Shown: positions 62,851 to 64,000 of the stretch, one piece after another
How the letters are laid out: each line of letters opens with the position of its first letter
Numbering within the stretch: position 1 is the first letter of the stretch
Origin: Antedon mediterranea
Lineage: Eukaryota; Animalia; Echinodermata
DNA: 64,000 nt
Direction: 5' to 3'
Assembly (NCBI RefSeq): GCF_964355755.1
Contig: NC_092670.1
Location: forward strand, 4,392,201 to 4,456,200
The notes under the pieces: generated by a model
Told to the model about the DNA's origin: nothing
Seen by the model: the letters and a program-made list of their open reading frames with translations, nothing else
The model's database searches: none
Position numbers and translations under genes: made by a program

Positions 62851-64000
62851 TATATTATATGATTTAGACAGAAAACAGTATGTACCAAGAGAACCTTAGA
62901 GAACATTTAATTTGGCAGGTTGCTGATTTCGAATGAATAAACTATTCTTTATGAACAATTCCAATAAAGTCTGGTAAAGGTATGTAAATCCTCCGACTAT
63001 TCTTCGCTTAAAGTCAAATATGACATTTCGATCATTGTTGGACAAACAATTCTTAGAAGGAATATAAAGATAGATTTTTAAATAGATTACAATTTCATAT
63101 AAATTGATTTGAATTGAAATCTATATATTCTATTTTTTTTCAAACACTGATGCGTAATTAAGAAATTCTAAGGTTGGTGTGTTTATGTATAGGCCTACAA
63201 ACATTAAACTTTACATTTGAATTGTTTGATTTTGACAGATTTGACATGATTCATGACAGACGATAACCTCAAGTCCAAAATATTATTTAACAAACTTCTC
63301 TGCTACGGATGAGTTTTGTTGGGTTCATTTATTTGTTAAAATATTTGTATACAGTAATATAAACATCTGCAATTAGGTTTTTTAACTACTCTGTTGGTGA
63401 GGAATACTACGAAGCCTTTCACATTCAGCAACATATGAATTGTTTTGGCAGATAATTGGTGACCAGTTACCAATTCAGAACGTCAGGATGTTCAGTTGGA
63501 GGCGAGAGTTTCCCAAGAACCAGTGGGAATATTAAAAGAAAACAGATCAGTTAATTATGCCACTGTTAATTAGGAATGTATTTCTCTTTATTTAAAAAAA
63601 ACGGTCATTTCTTCTTCTTCATTTTCTATAATTATATTCTTTGTTTCTCAAGTGCAATAAACGAAAAAAGTAGTGCAGTGGGTACATAAGATTATGATCG
63701 TAGTACAGCATCATTATATATACAAACGTTATATTATTTTTTTTCTGTTTGTATATACATTGATGAGGGAGTTTTTAAAATATTTATTCTTTTCATACCT
63801 CGTTGAGCCGTGAAATGTGCAAAAATGCTCAACAAATCTCATTGCTGATGATGTTATCATGCTTTTTTAAAGACATTTAAAAAATATTTTATCACGATCA
63901 GATTTTATATGTCTAATGATTTACGTGTGTCAAAACATAGAATTACTAAGCCTGTTAACCCGATAAATCCACAGCAAGGAAAGTGGTCATAAAACAAACA

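Overview
AT-rich, intron-containing animal genomic DNA, most likely a marine invertebrate. An echinoderm or other invertebrate deuterostome is plausible but cannot be proven from this window. Two host genes lie on the + strand. The first is most of a spliced golgin-245/GOLGA4 orthologue (17 coding exons between 1 and 12933, including a 3.9-kb coiled-coil exon and the GRIP domain); its N-terminus and terminal exon are not resolved. The second is a NeuroD bHLH gene with a single coding exon (43254-44300). Between them is a ~8.5-kb higher-order array of self-complementary 89-bp and ~120-bp units. Three independent transposons have inserted into it: a 1-kb TIR element with a 5-bp TSD, an intact CR1/L2-group APE-RT ORF carrying a 2A-like DIEVNPGP motif, and a truncated LINE 3' end. 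Elsewhere are an 8-copy MITE family, a Deu/Nin-type tRNA SINE, Helentron-like non-autonomous elements (one nested in a MITE), an 824-bp foldback element with a 6-bp TSD, and a Penelope-like fragment with a minimal hammerhead ribozyme. TA-x-TA micro-insertions (TAGGCCTA, TACCGTA, TACAGTA) are strikingly common and resemble transposon excision footprints.
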